DNA of 64,000 bases, from contig CAWFXA010000002.1 of NCBI GenBank assembly GCA_963819655.1, positions 832,001 to 896,000 on the forward strand, read 5' to 3'. How positions within the stretch are numbered: position 1 is the first letter of the stretch; the number at the start of each line of letters is the position of its first letter. This stretch comes from an uncultured Chloroflexia bacterium (GTDB taxonomy: Bacteria > Chloroflexota > Limnocylindria > Limnocylindrales > CSP1-4). Position numbers and translations under genes: made by a program. Below the pieces are notes generated by a model. That model made no database searches. It was not told where the DNA came from and worked only from the letters and a program-made list of their open reading frames with translations. Shown piece by piece: positions 8,136 to 17,668 of the stretch.

Positions 8136-9734
8136 TCACATCCGGAAGACGCCGAATCGTGTTTCGGGTATCGGCGCGTGGAGCGCCGCCTCGAGGCCAA
8201 GGGAGAGGACGCGCCGCGTGTCCACCGGGTCGATGATCCCGTCGTCCCAGAGCCTGGCCGTCGCGAAGTACGGTGAACCCTCGCGCTCGTATGTCTCGAG
8301 GATCGGCGCCTCGAAGGCGTCGCGCTCCGCGTCGTCGGCGAAGTCGCCCCGGACGGTCGACAGGACGCGGGCCGCCTGTTGGCCGCCCATGACCGAGATG
8401 CGGGCGTTCGGCCACGACCACAGGAACCTCGGCTGGTAGGCCCGACCGCTCATCGCGTAGTTCCCGGCCCCGAACGACCCGCCGATCAGGATCGTGAACT
8501 TGGGGACCTCGGCGGACGCCACCGACATCACCAGCTTCGCCCCGTCCTTGGCGATGCCGGCCTCCTCGTACTCGCGACCGACCATGAACCCCGTGATGTT
8601 CTGCAGGAAGACCAGCGGGATGCGCCGCTGGCAGGCGAGCTCGATGAAGTGGGTGCCCTTCAGCGCCGACTGGCTGAACAGGATCCCGTCGTTCGCAAGG
8701 ATCCCGATGGGCACCCCGTCGACGTGCGCGAAGCCCGTGACGAGGGTCTCGCCGTACAGCGGCTTGAACTCGTGGAACCGCGACCCATCGACGAGGCGGG
8801 CGATGATCTCGCGGACCGGCACGGGCCGGCGCGGGTCGGCGGAGACGGCGCCGTACAGGCCCGCCGGGTCGACTTTTGGCGCCTCCGGAGCTCGGCGGTC
8901 CCACGGCGCGGGCGGCGAGGGACGGTTGAGGTTTGCGACGATCGACCGGCCGAGCGCGAGCGCGTGCTCGTCATCGAGCGCCTCATGGTCGGCGACGCCG
9001 GAGCGGCGTGTATGGACCTCCGAGCCCCCGAGCTCCTCGGCCGTGACGTCCTCGCCGGTCGCCGCCTTCACCAGCGGCGGCCCGCCCAGGAAGATCGTGC
9101 CGGTGCCCTTGACGATGACGGTCTCGTCGCTCATCGCCGGCACGTAGGCGCCGCCGGCGGTGGATGAGCCCATGACCAGAGCGACCTGCGGGATGCCGAC
9201 CGCCGACATCCGGGCCTGGTTGTAGAAGATCCGTCCGAAGTGATCGCGGTCGGGGAACACGTCGGCCTGGAGCGGCAGGAACGCGCCGCCGCTGTCGACG
9301 AGGTAGATGCACGGCAGGTGGTTCTCGAGGGCGATCTCCTGGGCACGGAGATGCTTCTTGACCGTCATCGGGTAATAGGTGCCGCCCTTGACCGTCGCGT
9401 CGTTGGCCACGACGACGCACGTCGTGCCCTCGATCCGCCCGATGCCGGTGACGATGCCGGCCCCGGGCGCGTCGTCGTCGTACAGCCCGTTGGCGGCCAA
9501 TGGGCTCAACTCGAGAAAGGCCGACCCGGGATCGAGCAGGTGGTCGATGCGGTCGCGGACCGGAAGCTTGCCGCGCTCCCGGTGGCGCTCGATCGAGCGA
9601 TCGTCGCCGCCGGCGCCTCGGTCGGCGAGCTCCGACTGCCGTCGGCGGAGGTCCTCGACCAGGGCGGCCATCGCGTCGTGGTTGGCGCGGGTGTCTGCGG
9701 CGGCAGGGTCCAGCCGGCTGCGCAGGACGGGCAT
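8136..9734 (-). CDS. Methylcrotonoyl-CoA carboxylase beta (carboxyltransferase) subunit
   Basis: [60 protein letters not shown]. Confidence 0.95.
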   Translation of the reverse strand: MPVLRSRLDPAAADTRANHDAMAALVEDLRRRQSELADRGAGGDDRSIERHRERGKLPVRDRIDHLLDPGSAFLELSPLAANGLYDDDAPGAGIVTGIGRIEGTTCVVVANDATVKGGTYYPMTVKKHLRAQEIALENHLPCIYLVDSGGAFLPLQADVFPDRDHFGRIFYNQARMSAVGIPQVALVMGSSTAGGAYVPAMSDETVIVKGTGTIFLGGPPLVKAATGEDVTAEELGGSEVHTRRSGVADHEALDDEHALALGRSIVANLNRPSPPAPWDRRAPEAPKVDPAGLYGAVSADPRRPVPVREIIARLVDGSRFHEFKPLYGETLVTGFAHVDGVPIGILANDGILFSQSALKGTHFIELACQRRIPLVFLQNITGFMVGREYEEAGIAKDGAKLVMSVASAEVPKFTILIGGSFGAGNYAMSGRAYQPRFLWSWPNARISVMGGQQAARVLSTVRGDFADDAERDAFEAPILETYEREGSPYFATARLWDDGIIDPVDTRRVLSLGLEAALHAPIPETRFGVFRM

Positions 9735-9780
9735 GGCGCCGATGATAGGTCGCCGGCTGGGTGCCAGGTTCCGGATGCTT

Positions 9781-9830
9781 GGCCCAGGTGCCCGGCCCAG
9801 GTGCCCGACCCAGGTGCCCGACCCGGGTGC
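9781..9830. repeat. 13-bp tandem repeat G[GA]CCCAGGTGCCC, about 4 copies
   Basis: GGCCCAGGTGCCC GGCCCAGGTGCCC GACCCAGGTGCCC GACCCGGGTGC. Confidence 0.9.
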
Positions 9831-9924
9831 ATTGACGTGACCCAGTCTGAGCCCTTGGGTCGCGACGTCGGCACCCCGATCGCCGATATGGTCGTGTGCT
9901 GATCACCGATCGGCCTGGGGGGGC

Positions 9925-9950
9925 GGAACCGCGCGGGAGGCAGCGACGTC
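9925..9950 (+). promoter_or_regulatory. Candidate ECF-sigma promoter GGAAC-N17-CGTC
   Basis: ECF-type boxes ending 8 nt before ATG 9959 (leaderless spacing). Confidence 0.45.
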
Positions 9951-9958
9951 GGGCGCCC

Positions 9959-10423
9959 ATGCTCGTACGGATCGCAAGATTCGCTCTCTTCGTTTCGATC
10001 GGGGCCGCGCTCCTTGGGTGTTCACCGGCGGCCGTCGCGTCGCTCCTTCCCGCGGCCGCAGGCCCGCTCGTCATGGTCACGACCCATGGCGGTGAGTGCG
10101 TCGACGGACCGTGCGGGTCGACGACCGTCATCGAACGCGACGGGCGCATCCATCAGACCGCGCCGGCGGCCGCCGAGCTCGGCACGGTGCCTGCCGACGT
10201 CCTGAGCGCGCTCGACGTGGCGGTCAAGGCGACCGATTTCGACGCCATCCGAGCTCGACCGTTCACCGGGGAATGCCCGGTCGCGTTCGACGGCCAGGAG
10301 TTCATCTACGAGTTCGGCGCGCCCACAGGCGTCGAGCGCATCGCGTCCTGCGAGACCGAGATCGACCCGGACAACCCACTGTTCGCGGCCACGACGGCAG
10401 CGCTCGCGGTCGTTGACCGCTAG
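9959..10423 (+). CDS. Hypothetical lipoprotein with paired cysteines
   Basis: Lipobox LLGC; GGECVDGPC, GECPVAFDG, IASC. Confidence 0.8.
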   Translation: MLVRIARFALFVSIGAALLGCSPAAVASLLPAAAGPLVMVTTHGGECVDGPCGSTTVIERDGRIHQTAPAAAELGTVPADVLSALDVAVKATDFDAIRARPFTGECPVAFDGQEFIYEFGAPTGVERIASCETEIDPDNPLFAATTAALAVVDR

Positions 10424-10435
10424 GTCCCGTCGGCG

Positions 10436-11366
10436 TCAGCCGAGGACGTCGCCGAGCGCGGCGTCGATCGTCGTGTAGCGGAATTCGTAGCCGAGCGCGC
10501 TCGCCCTGGCTGGCGCCACGCGCCGCGATCCGAGCAGAAGTACTGCCTGCTCGCCGAGCACGAGGCGGACGAGCCAGGCCGGGGCAGGGAATCGCGCCGG
10601 CCGATGCAGGACGCGCGCCATCGCGCGGACGAAGTCGATCTGGTGGACGGCGCCCGGGCTGGTCGCGTTGAGAACGCCGTCCGAGATGGCTTCGGTCATG
10701 GCCAGCCGGAAGAGGGCGACCGCATCATCGATATGGACCCAGCTCAGCCATTGCTGACCGCTCCCCAGGCGGCCGCCGAGGAAGAGGCGCACGGGGAGCG
10801 CCAGGAACCAGACCAGGTCCGCCTCGCGGGCGAGGACGTGCCCCATCCGCAATCGAGTCACGCGCACACCGAGGGACTCGGCGCGCCGTGCCTCGTCCTC
10901 CAGGGATCGGGAGACCTGGGCGAGGAACTCCGTGCCCATCTCTGTCTCCTCGGTCATAGGTGCCGGGTCGTCACCGGCCGGCGACTCTGCATAAGCGTCG
11001 ATCCCCGACACGACGACGAGGCGCGATGGACGGCGTTCGGTCGGCAGGCGCCCCAGCGCGTCGACGATCGCCCGGATCGGCGTCCACGCGACTCGACGCG
11101 ATGACGGCCTTCCGGCGGCGAGTCCACGGCCACGGCGCGACGCGCGCGCCGGCGAGGCTGACGACGACATGCGCCCCCGCGATCGACTCGGCCAGGCCCG
11201 GCACATCCTCGGCGGACCACCGGGTGAGCCGGGCTCCGGGCGGGATCACCTTCCTGCGGCGCTGCGGATCTCGTGACAGCACGACGACGTCGGCGTCGTC
11301 CGCCAGGAGCGATCGCGTCAACGCACGACCGACCAACCCGGAACCACCCACGATCGCCACTTTCAT
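10436..11366 (-). pseudogene. TIGR01777-family NAD-dependent epimerase, split by a +1 frameshift near 11078
   Basis: GGSGLVG...SLAGA...SRVDA in one frame. IRAIVDAL...GSGQQWLSWVHIDD...LGYEFRY in the next frame. Confidence 0.85.
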
Positions 11367-11398
11367 CGGGACTCTCGACCTTCCAAGCGTGCTACTCT

Positions 11399-11416
11399 GT
11401 CATAGCAAGTTATGAC
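11399..11416. promoter_or_regulatory. Inverted repeat GTCATA-N6-TATGAC over the regulator start; candidate operator
   Basis: Perfect palindrome in a lower-GC divergent promoter region, directly after TGCTACTCT. Confidence 0.6.
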
Positions 11417-12176
11417 GCAGAAACTCGCTACTGTCAATGCGCATGAATCGATCGGCGATGCCGACCAGGGCGCTCGCCCGTCCACCGCCGAGTCGATCCG
11501 GCTCGATCTCGCCGACGCCTGGGGTGAGATGGGCGCTGCCTGGGGCGTGACGCCGGCGATCGCGCGCGTGCAGGCGTACCTGATGGCGCGTCAGGAGCCG
11601 CTGACGGAGCGCGAGGTCCGCGAGGCGCTCGGGCTGTCGCATCGAGCCGCGAGCCTCGCCCTCGCCGAGGCTGAATCGTGGGGCCTCGTCCAGCGCGTGT
11701 CGGAGCCGCGGCGGGTCGGCCGACGCGGACCGGCGGGTACGGCGTTCCTTGCCGTGAACGATCACTGGCAATGGTTCGGCCGCGTCATCGCCGAGCGCAA
11801 GAGCCGCGAAGGCGATCCGGTCGTCGCGGTGCTCGAGCAGAAGGCCAAGGAGGCGGCGGCGGCCGCCAAGGCCGACCCGGACGACACCGAGCTGGCAGCC
11901 CTCCATGACTGGTTAACGTCGTTTGTCGTGTTCGTCCGGCTGTTCGACCGAGCGGTCGGTATCGTCCCGCAGCTGGAACCGCGCGAGCTCGAGCGGGCCC
12001 TTCAGCTGCTGGATCGCGTGCCGGATGACACGGTCCTGCGCCTGTTCGATCTGCTCGGCGGTCTTGATGACGACGACGTCCTCGAGCTTGTCGAGACGGT
12101 CTCGCGCCTCTCGCCGAAGGCGGCGCGCCGGGCGACCAAGCTGATGTCGGGCGTCGTGCGGACCGTCTCCCGGTAA
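11412..12176 (+). CDS. GbsR/MarR-family transcriptional regulator
   Basis: WGEMGAAWGV...ARVQAYL...EALGLSHRAASLALAEAESWGLV. Confidence 0.85.
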   Translation: MTQKLATVNAHESIGDADQGARPSTAESIRLDLADAWGEMGAAWGVTPAIARVQAYLMARQEPLTEREVREALGLSHRAASLALAEAESWGLVQRVSEPRRVGRRGPAGTAFLAVNDHWQWFGRVIAERKSREGDPVVAVLEQKAKEAAAAAKADPDDTELAALHDWLTSFVVFVRLFDRAVGIVPQLEPRELERALQLLDRVPDDTVLRLFDLLGGLDDDDVLELVETVSRLSPKAARRATKLMSGVVRTVSR

Positions 12177-12185
12177 TCTCGTTCG

Positions 12186-12674
12186 GTGAGCGAACCACGC
12201 GTCGATCGGCCACATGTCCCGGGCTATGGGATCCCGAAGTCGACCAAAGGCGTCCTCCCGTGGTCGTGGGTGGTCGAACGGCTCGAAAAGGCGGAGATCT
12301 ACTGGCTGGCGACGGCCGACGCGGACGGGGCTCCGCATCTCAACCCGATCTGGGGGGCGTGGGTCGACGGCCGCTGGTACGTCGAAGGCGGCCCGACCCG
12401 CTGGAAACGGAACCTCCGTGCCAACCCGCAGATGGCGATCCACGTCGAGACGACGGGCGAGGTCGTGATCGTCGAGGGGAAGGCCGCCGAGGTCGTCGGG
12501 CTCCCGCCCGAGAAGGCGGACAGGATCATGGCCGGCTACGCCAAGTACAAGCCTGGCTACGCGGCCGACCCCGCGAACTGGGCTCAGGGTGGGCTTTGGG
12601 AGCTGCGACCGATCAAGGCCTTCGCGTGGACGACGTTCCCGACCGACACGACGCGGTACACGTTCGACGAATAG
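12186..12674 (+). CDS. Pyridoxamine 5'-phosphate oxidase-like (PPOX / split beta-barrel) protein
   Basis: YWLATADADGAPHLNPIWG, RNLRANP, VVIVEG. Confidence 0.85.
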   Translation: MSEPRVDRPHVPGYGIPKSTKGVLPWSWVVERLEKAEIYWLATADADGAPHLNPIWGAWVDGRWYVEGGPTRWKRNLRANPQMAIHVETTGEVVIVEGKAAEVVGLPPEKADRIMAGYAKYKPGYAADPANWAQGGLWELRPIKAFAWTTFPTDTTRYTFDE

Positions 12675-12801
12675 GCGCCGCCGCCAGTAGCGCATGGGGG
12701 ATCAGTCTGCGATTGACCGGGCCGCGGCGGAGCGCCGAACGGGCGCGGACCGGTCCATCGCAGTCCAGAGCGCGCACCGCGCGCCGATCGGTGCCGATCG
12801 C

Positions 12802-12830
12802 TTGGGCGGAATCGGCCCTCGTGACATAAT
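12802..12830 (+). promoter_or_regulatory. Sigma70-type promoter for pdxS (TTGGGC-N17-CATAAT, extended TG)
   Basis: Canonical spacing; implies a 5' UTR of about 100 nt. Confidence 0.6.
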
Positions 12831-12935
12831 CCTGACCGCGCGCGAGACCGTGGCCGACTCGAACGGGCGAGGACCCCGGGGCCAGAACCGGCCGGCGGGC
12901 CGAGCGCGGATCCTACCTGAGGAACCACAGCCCAC

Positions 12936-13823
12936 ATGACCGTCGAAACCTCCACCTGGGCGACCAAGAAGGGCCTCGCCCAGATGCTCAAGGGCGGCGT
13001 CATCATGGACGTCGTCACCGCCGATCAGGCGAGGGTCGCCGAGGACGCCGGTGCCGTCGCCGTGATGGCGCTCGAGCGCGTGCCCGCCGACATCCGCAAG
13101 GTCGGCGGCGTGGCGCGCATGTCCGACCCGGCCATGATCACCGGGATCATGGACGCCGTGACGATCCCGGTCATGGCCAAGGCGCGCATCGGACACTTCG
13201 TCGAGGCGCAGGTGCTCGAGGCGCTCGGGGTCGACTACATCGACGAATCCGAGGTCCTCACCCCGGCCGACGAGAACAACCACATCGACAAGCACGCCTT
13301 CAAGGTCCCGTTCGTGTGTGGCTGCCGGAACCTCGGCGAGGCGCTGCGGCGCATCAACGAAGGCGCCGCGATGATGCGGACCAAGGGCGAGGCCGGGACC
13401 GGCAACATCGTTGAAGCGGTCCGCCAGCTGCGTGACGTCAACAGCGAGATCCGCCGGCTGCAGGGCATGCGGGATGACGAGCTGTTCGTCGCGGCGAAGG
13501 ACCTCCAGGCGCCCTATGAGCTCGTGGCGGACGTGGCTGCGAAAGGCACGCTGCCGGTCGTCAATTTCGTCGCGGGGGGCATCTCGACGCCGGCCGACGC
13601 GGCGCTCGTGATGCAGCTCGGGGCCGAGGGCGTCTTCGTCGGCTCGGGCATCTTCAAGAGCGAGGACCCGGCCCGGATGGCCAACGCGATCGTCCAGGCG
13701 ACGACCTTCTTCGACGATGCCAAGAAGATCGCGGAAGTTTCGAAGGGCCTGGGAGCCCCGATGCGCGGCATCGCCCTCGAGGAGATCCCGGAGCAGGAGC
13801 GACTCGCCGTTCGCGGTTGGTAG
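12936..13823 (+). CDS. pdxS: PLP synthase lyase subunit
   Basis: [38 protein letters not shown]. Confidence 0.98.
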   Translation: MTVETSTWATKKGLAQMLKGGVIMDVVTADQARVAEDAGAVAVMALERVPADIRKVGGVARMSDPAMITGIMDAVTIPVMAKARIGHFVEAQVLEALGVDYIDESEVLTPADENNHIDKHAFKVPFVCGCRNLGEALRRINEGAAMMRTKGEAGTGNIVEAVRQLRDVNSEIRRLQGMRDDELFVAAKDLQAPYELVADVAAKGTLPVVNFVAGGISTPADAALVMQLGAEGVFVGSGIFKSEDPARMANAIVQATTFFDDAKKIAEVSKGLGAPMRGIALEEIPEQERLAVRGW

Positions 13824-13873
13824 GGAAACGGCCGCTGAGCGGCTGGCGCACCACCGCGTACCATCGGCTCACC

Positions 13874-14509
13874 ATGAGGATCGGGGTCCTCGCCCTGCAG
13901 GGGGCGTTCCGTGAACATCTCGACACGCTTGATGCCATCGGCGTCGAGGGAGTTCGCGTGCGCGAGCCAGGCGACCTCGATGGGGTCAGCGGGCTGATCC
14001 TGCCCGGCGGCGAGAGTACGACCATGCGCCAGCTCATCGAGCGCTGGGGTCTGCGCCAGCCGATCCTCGACCTGGCCGCGAGCGGCGCCCCGATCTTCGG
14101 CACGTGCGCCGGCATGATCGTCCTCGCGCGTGGTATCGCGGGTGACGAGGAGCCGATCCTGCCGCTGCTCGACGTCCGGGTCGAGCGCAACGCCTTCGGG
14201 CGCCAGCTCGACTCGTTCGAGGCCGACCTGGCGGTCGATGTGCTCGGCGACACGCCGGTCCACGCCGTCTTCATCCGCGCGCCGGTCATCGAGCGCACCG
14301 GGCCAGACGTCGACGTGCTCGGCCGGCTCGATGACGGGCGGGTCGTCGCCGTGCGGGAGCGGAACGTGTTCGCGACCGCGTTCCATCCCGAGCTCGCCGG
14401 GGAGACGCGCTTCCATCGACTGCTCGCGACCATGGCGTCCGAACACGACGACCCGGGCGAGGGATCGGGCCGTCGCCACCACCCGACCCGCCGCACGCAG
14501 CTGCGATGA
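13874..14509 (+). CDS. pdxT: PLP synthase glutaminase subunit
   Basis: GVLALQGAFREH, PGGESTT, GTCAGMI, FHPEL. Confidence 0.97.
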   Translation: MRIGVLALQGAFREHLDTLDAIGVEGVRVREPGDLDGVSGLILPGGESTTMRQLIERWGLRQPILDLAASGAPIFGTCAGMIVLARGIAGDEEPILPLLDVRVERNAFGRQLDSFEADLAVDVLGDTPVHAVFIRAPVIERTGPDVDVLGRLDDGRVVAVRERNVFATAFHPELAGETRFHRLLATMASEHDDPGEGSGRRHHPTRRTQLR

Positions 14510-14526
14510 CTGCAAGCAAGCGATGA
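14506..14526 (+). other. Bridging mini-ORF MTASKR*
   Basis: ATGA overlap with the pdxT stop and ATGA overlap with the next gene's start. Confidence 0.55.
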
Positions 14527-15587
14527 CCGTCACGCGGACGCCTCGCAAGCAAGGCAAGGTCCGCGCCGCGCGACTGACGGACCTCGCGGCGCTGGGCGAG
14601 CTGTCGCGCCTGTGCCAGTCGGACGACGCGTCGACCCGCTCGCTCGGACTGCCCGTCAGCGGCCCGCCGATCGGGGTGTTCAGCCTGTTCCGGCTGCCGC
14701 TCGGCGCCTTCCGCCCGAACGACCTGATGTACGTCTACGAAGAGGATGGCCGGATCGCCGGGCTCATCCGCGTGGAGCGCGAGTCGTCCCGCGACGAGTG
14801 GACGATCGTGGAGCTCGATGCTGTCGGTATGGCCGACGCCGGCGACATCCGCTACCGCCTGGTCAATCAGCTCCTGCGCGAGGGTGGCAAGCGCGGAGCC
14901 GCGCGGTTCCACGTCGCGTGTGCCGATGTCGACGGGAACGTGGAGCTGATGATGCAGGCGGGTTTCATCCGCTACGGCGAGGAGCAGATCATGTTCCGCC
15001 CGGACGGCGAGCTGCCCAAGCCGTGGACCGACAAGGCGGCCAGCGACGCGCGCATCCGGCCCGCCCAACCGATCGACGCGCTGGCGCTCAACCGGCTGTA
15101 TACGGCCGCGACGCCCGGCCCGGTGGTCCGGCTCGAGGCGATCCGCCTGCCCGACTGGGAGCGCCAGGGGAACCACTGGCGGGTGCCCCGCTCCAGCCTC
15201 GCGCCGATCCTGCGCTTCGCCGACATCGAGGCGTTCGTGCAGCAGGCGCCGGGCGGGGGCAAGGACGGCACCGTGCTCGACGCGTTCGTCCAGGTCGGCG
15301 TCGCGAAAGAGGACCAGCCGCATTACCTGAAAGTCGTCGTGCGGCCGGAGGCCGACCCCACGGCCATCATCTCGTTCGGACTCGGCATCATCGAGGCCCG
15401 CACGACCCGGGGTAGCGAGCACCGCCACGACCACGGCGTCATCTCACCCGTGCGAACCTATGAGGGGCCTGTCGACCGGAGACTGGAGGATGCTTCCTTC
15501 GGATCGATCGCGAGTGTCACGCTGCTCATGAAAGAGACCCTCGTCCGGGTCGCCGAGCCGGCCCTCGTCCCGGCCGGCGTCCGATAG
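14523..15587 (+). CDS. Tandem GNAT-fold-like protein
   Basis: VRAARLTDLAAL and IRPAQPIDALAL domain starts; VYEEDGRIAG; MMQAGF. Confidence 0.65.
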   Translation: MTVTRTPRKQGKVRAARLTDLAALGELSRLCQSDDASTRSLGLPVSGPPIGVFSLFRLPLGAFRPNDLMYVYEEDGRIAGLIRVERESSRDEWTIVELDAVGMADAGDIRYRLVNQLLREGGKRGAARFHVACADVDGNVELMMQAGFIRYGEEQIMFRPDGELPKPWTDKAASDARIRPAQPIDALALNRLYTAATPGPVVRLEAIRLPDWERQGNHWRVPRSSLAPILRFADIEAFVQQAPGGGKDGTVLDAFVQVGVAKEDQPHYLKVVVRPEADPTAIISFGLGIIEARTTRGSEHRHDHGVISPVRTYEGPVDRRLEDASFGSIASVTLLMKETLVRVAEPALVPAGVR

Positions 15588-15607
15588 CCGTGGAAACGGA
15601 GGCAAGC

Positions 15608-17668
15608 GTGGGTTCCGACGTACGCCAGCGCGAAACGATCGACGATCTCGACGCGATGCTGTCGTCGCTGCCGCCGGAGATCGTCGAGGCCGTGCATGCC
15701 CTGCCGGATCGCGAGGCGCTCATCGAGGTCGTGCTCGACCTCGGCCGTCGCCCGGAGGGGCGCTTCCCCGATGCCGAGGTCAGCCTGCTCGAGCGCGAGA
15801 TCGCCGAGGCCGACATCGCCTTCGTGATCGACCACATCGGCTCGTTCGGGGACGACAACCGCGCAGGCATCGAGCGCACGCTTCACCGGATCAGTGCGAT
15901 CCGCAACCGGAACGGCAAGGTCGTCGGCCTGACGTGCCGGGTCGGCCGCGCCGTCTACGGCACGATCGAGATCATCAACGACTTCGTCGAGACCGGGAAA
16001 TCGATCCTGATCATGGGCCGCCCCGGCATCGGCAAGACCACGATGCTGCGCGAGGCCGCGCGGGTGCTGGCCGACGACCTCGGCAAGCGTGTCGTCGTGG
16101 TCGACACGTCCAACGAGATCGCCGGCGACGGCGACATCCCGCACCCGGCGATCGGCAAGGCCCGCCGCATGCAGGTCCGCACGCCGTCGTTGCAACACGA
16201 GGTGATGATCGAGGCGGTCGAGAACCACATGCCGCAGGTCATCGTCATCGACGAGATCGGCACCGAGCTCGAGGCGCAGGCGGCCCGGACGATCGCCGAG
16301 CGTGGCGTGCAGCTCATCGGCACCGCACACGGCAACAACCTCGACAACCTGATGCTCAACCCGACGCTGTCCGACCTGATCGGCGGCATCCAGAGCGTCA
16401 CCCTCGGCGACGAGGAAGCCCGCCGCCGGCGCACCCAGAAGAGCGTGCTCGAGCGCAAGGCGCCGCCGACCTTCGATGTGATCGTCGAGATCCAGGATCG
16501 CGAGCGGGTGGCAGTCCACAGCGACGTCGCCGAGACCGTCGACGCGTTGCTGCGCGGCGATGCCGTCGCGCCGGAGCTGCGCTGGCGGGACGAGGAGGGC
16601 GTCCATCGATCGCAGGGCCGCCCTCGGCCGTCGCCCCGCGAGCAGCTGGGCGCCGAGCGCTTCGCGGGTCTCGTCGGTGGAGGCTCGCCGTGGCGGATGG
16701 AGCCAGGCTGGCGCGGCGATGGCTCCGCGCGGGCCTCCGGCGGATTCCGCGAGGCGGAGCGCGGCAGCTTCCGGCCCGGCTACCGACCCGGCGCATCCGG
16801 TGGCTGGCGGCAGACCCGCGGCGGACCCGGGCGCGAATCGCCACAGCGTGGCCCGCTCTCGAGCGGCGGCCCGGACGCCATGCCCGGCGAGCGGTTCGCG
16901 AGCCGCCCGGGCGATGCACCGTTCGTCGCCGGCGACATCGCCGATCGCGGACCACTCGAGCGCGGCGGCGCACCGACGGCCCTCGAGGCCCGCGCGCGCG
17001 AGGCGCGCGAACTCGAGCGCCAGAAGGCATGGCGTGATCAGGCATCGCGTGCGATGCAGAGCTTCAAGGCCGAGGAGGGCACCGCACCCGTCAACGCCGA
17101 TGACCTCGACGCGCACGACGACATCGGCTCACTTCCGCTCGGCGCGATCGAGGGCGAGCACGGCGAGACGGTCCTCGAACCGGGCGGGTCACCGCTGCCG
17201 ACGCTGCGCGTGCTCCCGCAAGGCATCAGCCGCAAACGCCTCGAGCAGGCGGTCCGCGACCTCGGCCTGCCTGTCGTGATCGCGCGCGACGTGGACGAGG
17301 CGGACGTGGTCATGACCCTCAAGAACGAGTACAAGCAGAAGACCCCCCTGCTCCGCGAGGCCGAGGAGCGGGCGATGCCGATCTACGTCCTCAAGAGCAA
17401 CACGATCCCGCAGATGCAGTCCAGCCTGACCTCGATCTTCTCGCTCGAGATCGATCCGCGCGAGGCGGCCCTGCGCGAGACCGAGGACGCGATCGACGTC
17501 GTCCTGTCGTCGTCCGAGGCGGTCGAGTTGTCGCCGCAGAACGCCTACATCCGGCGGCTCCAGCATCAGATGGCGGAACGGGCCAACCTCGTCTCGCGCT
17601 CCCGTGGCCGCGAGCCATTCCGGCGGGTGCGCCTCTATCCGGACGCCGCGCGCAGCAGCTGGCGGTGA
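15608..17668 (+). CDS. SpoIIIAA/Ycf45-type AAA ATPase with C-terminal R3H domain
   Basis: GIERTLHRIS, Walker A GRPGIGKT, VDTSNEI, VIDEIG, R3H RRLQHQMAE. SD GGAGG precedes GTG 15608. Confidence 0.92.
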   Translation: MGSDVRQRETIDDLDAMLSSLPPEIVEAVHALPDREALIEVVLDLGRRPEGRFPDAEVSLLEREIAEADIAFVIDHIGSFGDDNRAGIERTLHRISAIRNRNGKVVGLTCRVGRAVYGTIEIINDFVETGKSILIMGRPGIGKTTMLREAARVLADDLGKRVVVVDTSNEIAGDGDIPHPAIGKARRMQVRTPSLQHEVMIEAVENHMPQVIVIDEIGTELEAQAARTIAERGVQLIGTAHGNNLDNLMLNPTLSDLIGGIQSVTLGDEEARRRRTQKSVLERKAPPTFDVIVEIQDRERVAVHSDVAETVDALLRGDAVAPELRWRDEEGVHRSQGRPRPSPREQLGAERFAGLVGGGSPWRMEPGWRGDGSARASGGFREAERGSFRPGYRPGASGGWRQTRGGPGRESPQRGPLSSGGPDAMPGERFASRPGDAPFVAGDIADRGPLERGGAPTALEARAREARELERQKAWRDQASRAMQSFKAEEGTAPVNADDLDAHDDIGSLPLGAIEGEHGETVLEPGGSPLPTLRVLPQGISRKRLEQAVRDLGLPVVIARDVDEADVVMTLKNEYKQKTPLLREAEERAMPIYVLKSNTIPQMQSSLTSIFSLEIDPREAALRETEDAIDVVLSSSEAVELSPQNAYIRRLQHQMAERANLVSRSRGREPFRRVRLYPDAARSSWR

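Noticed and set aside
9781-9830. CRISPR array
   Set aside because: Contiguous 13-bp units with no spacers and no cas genes.
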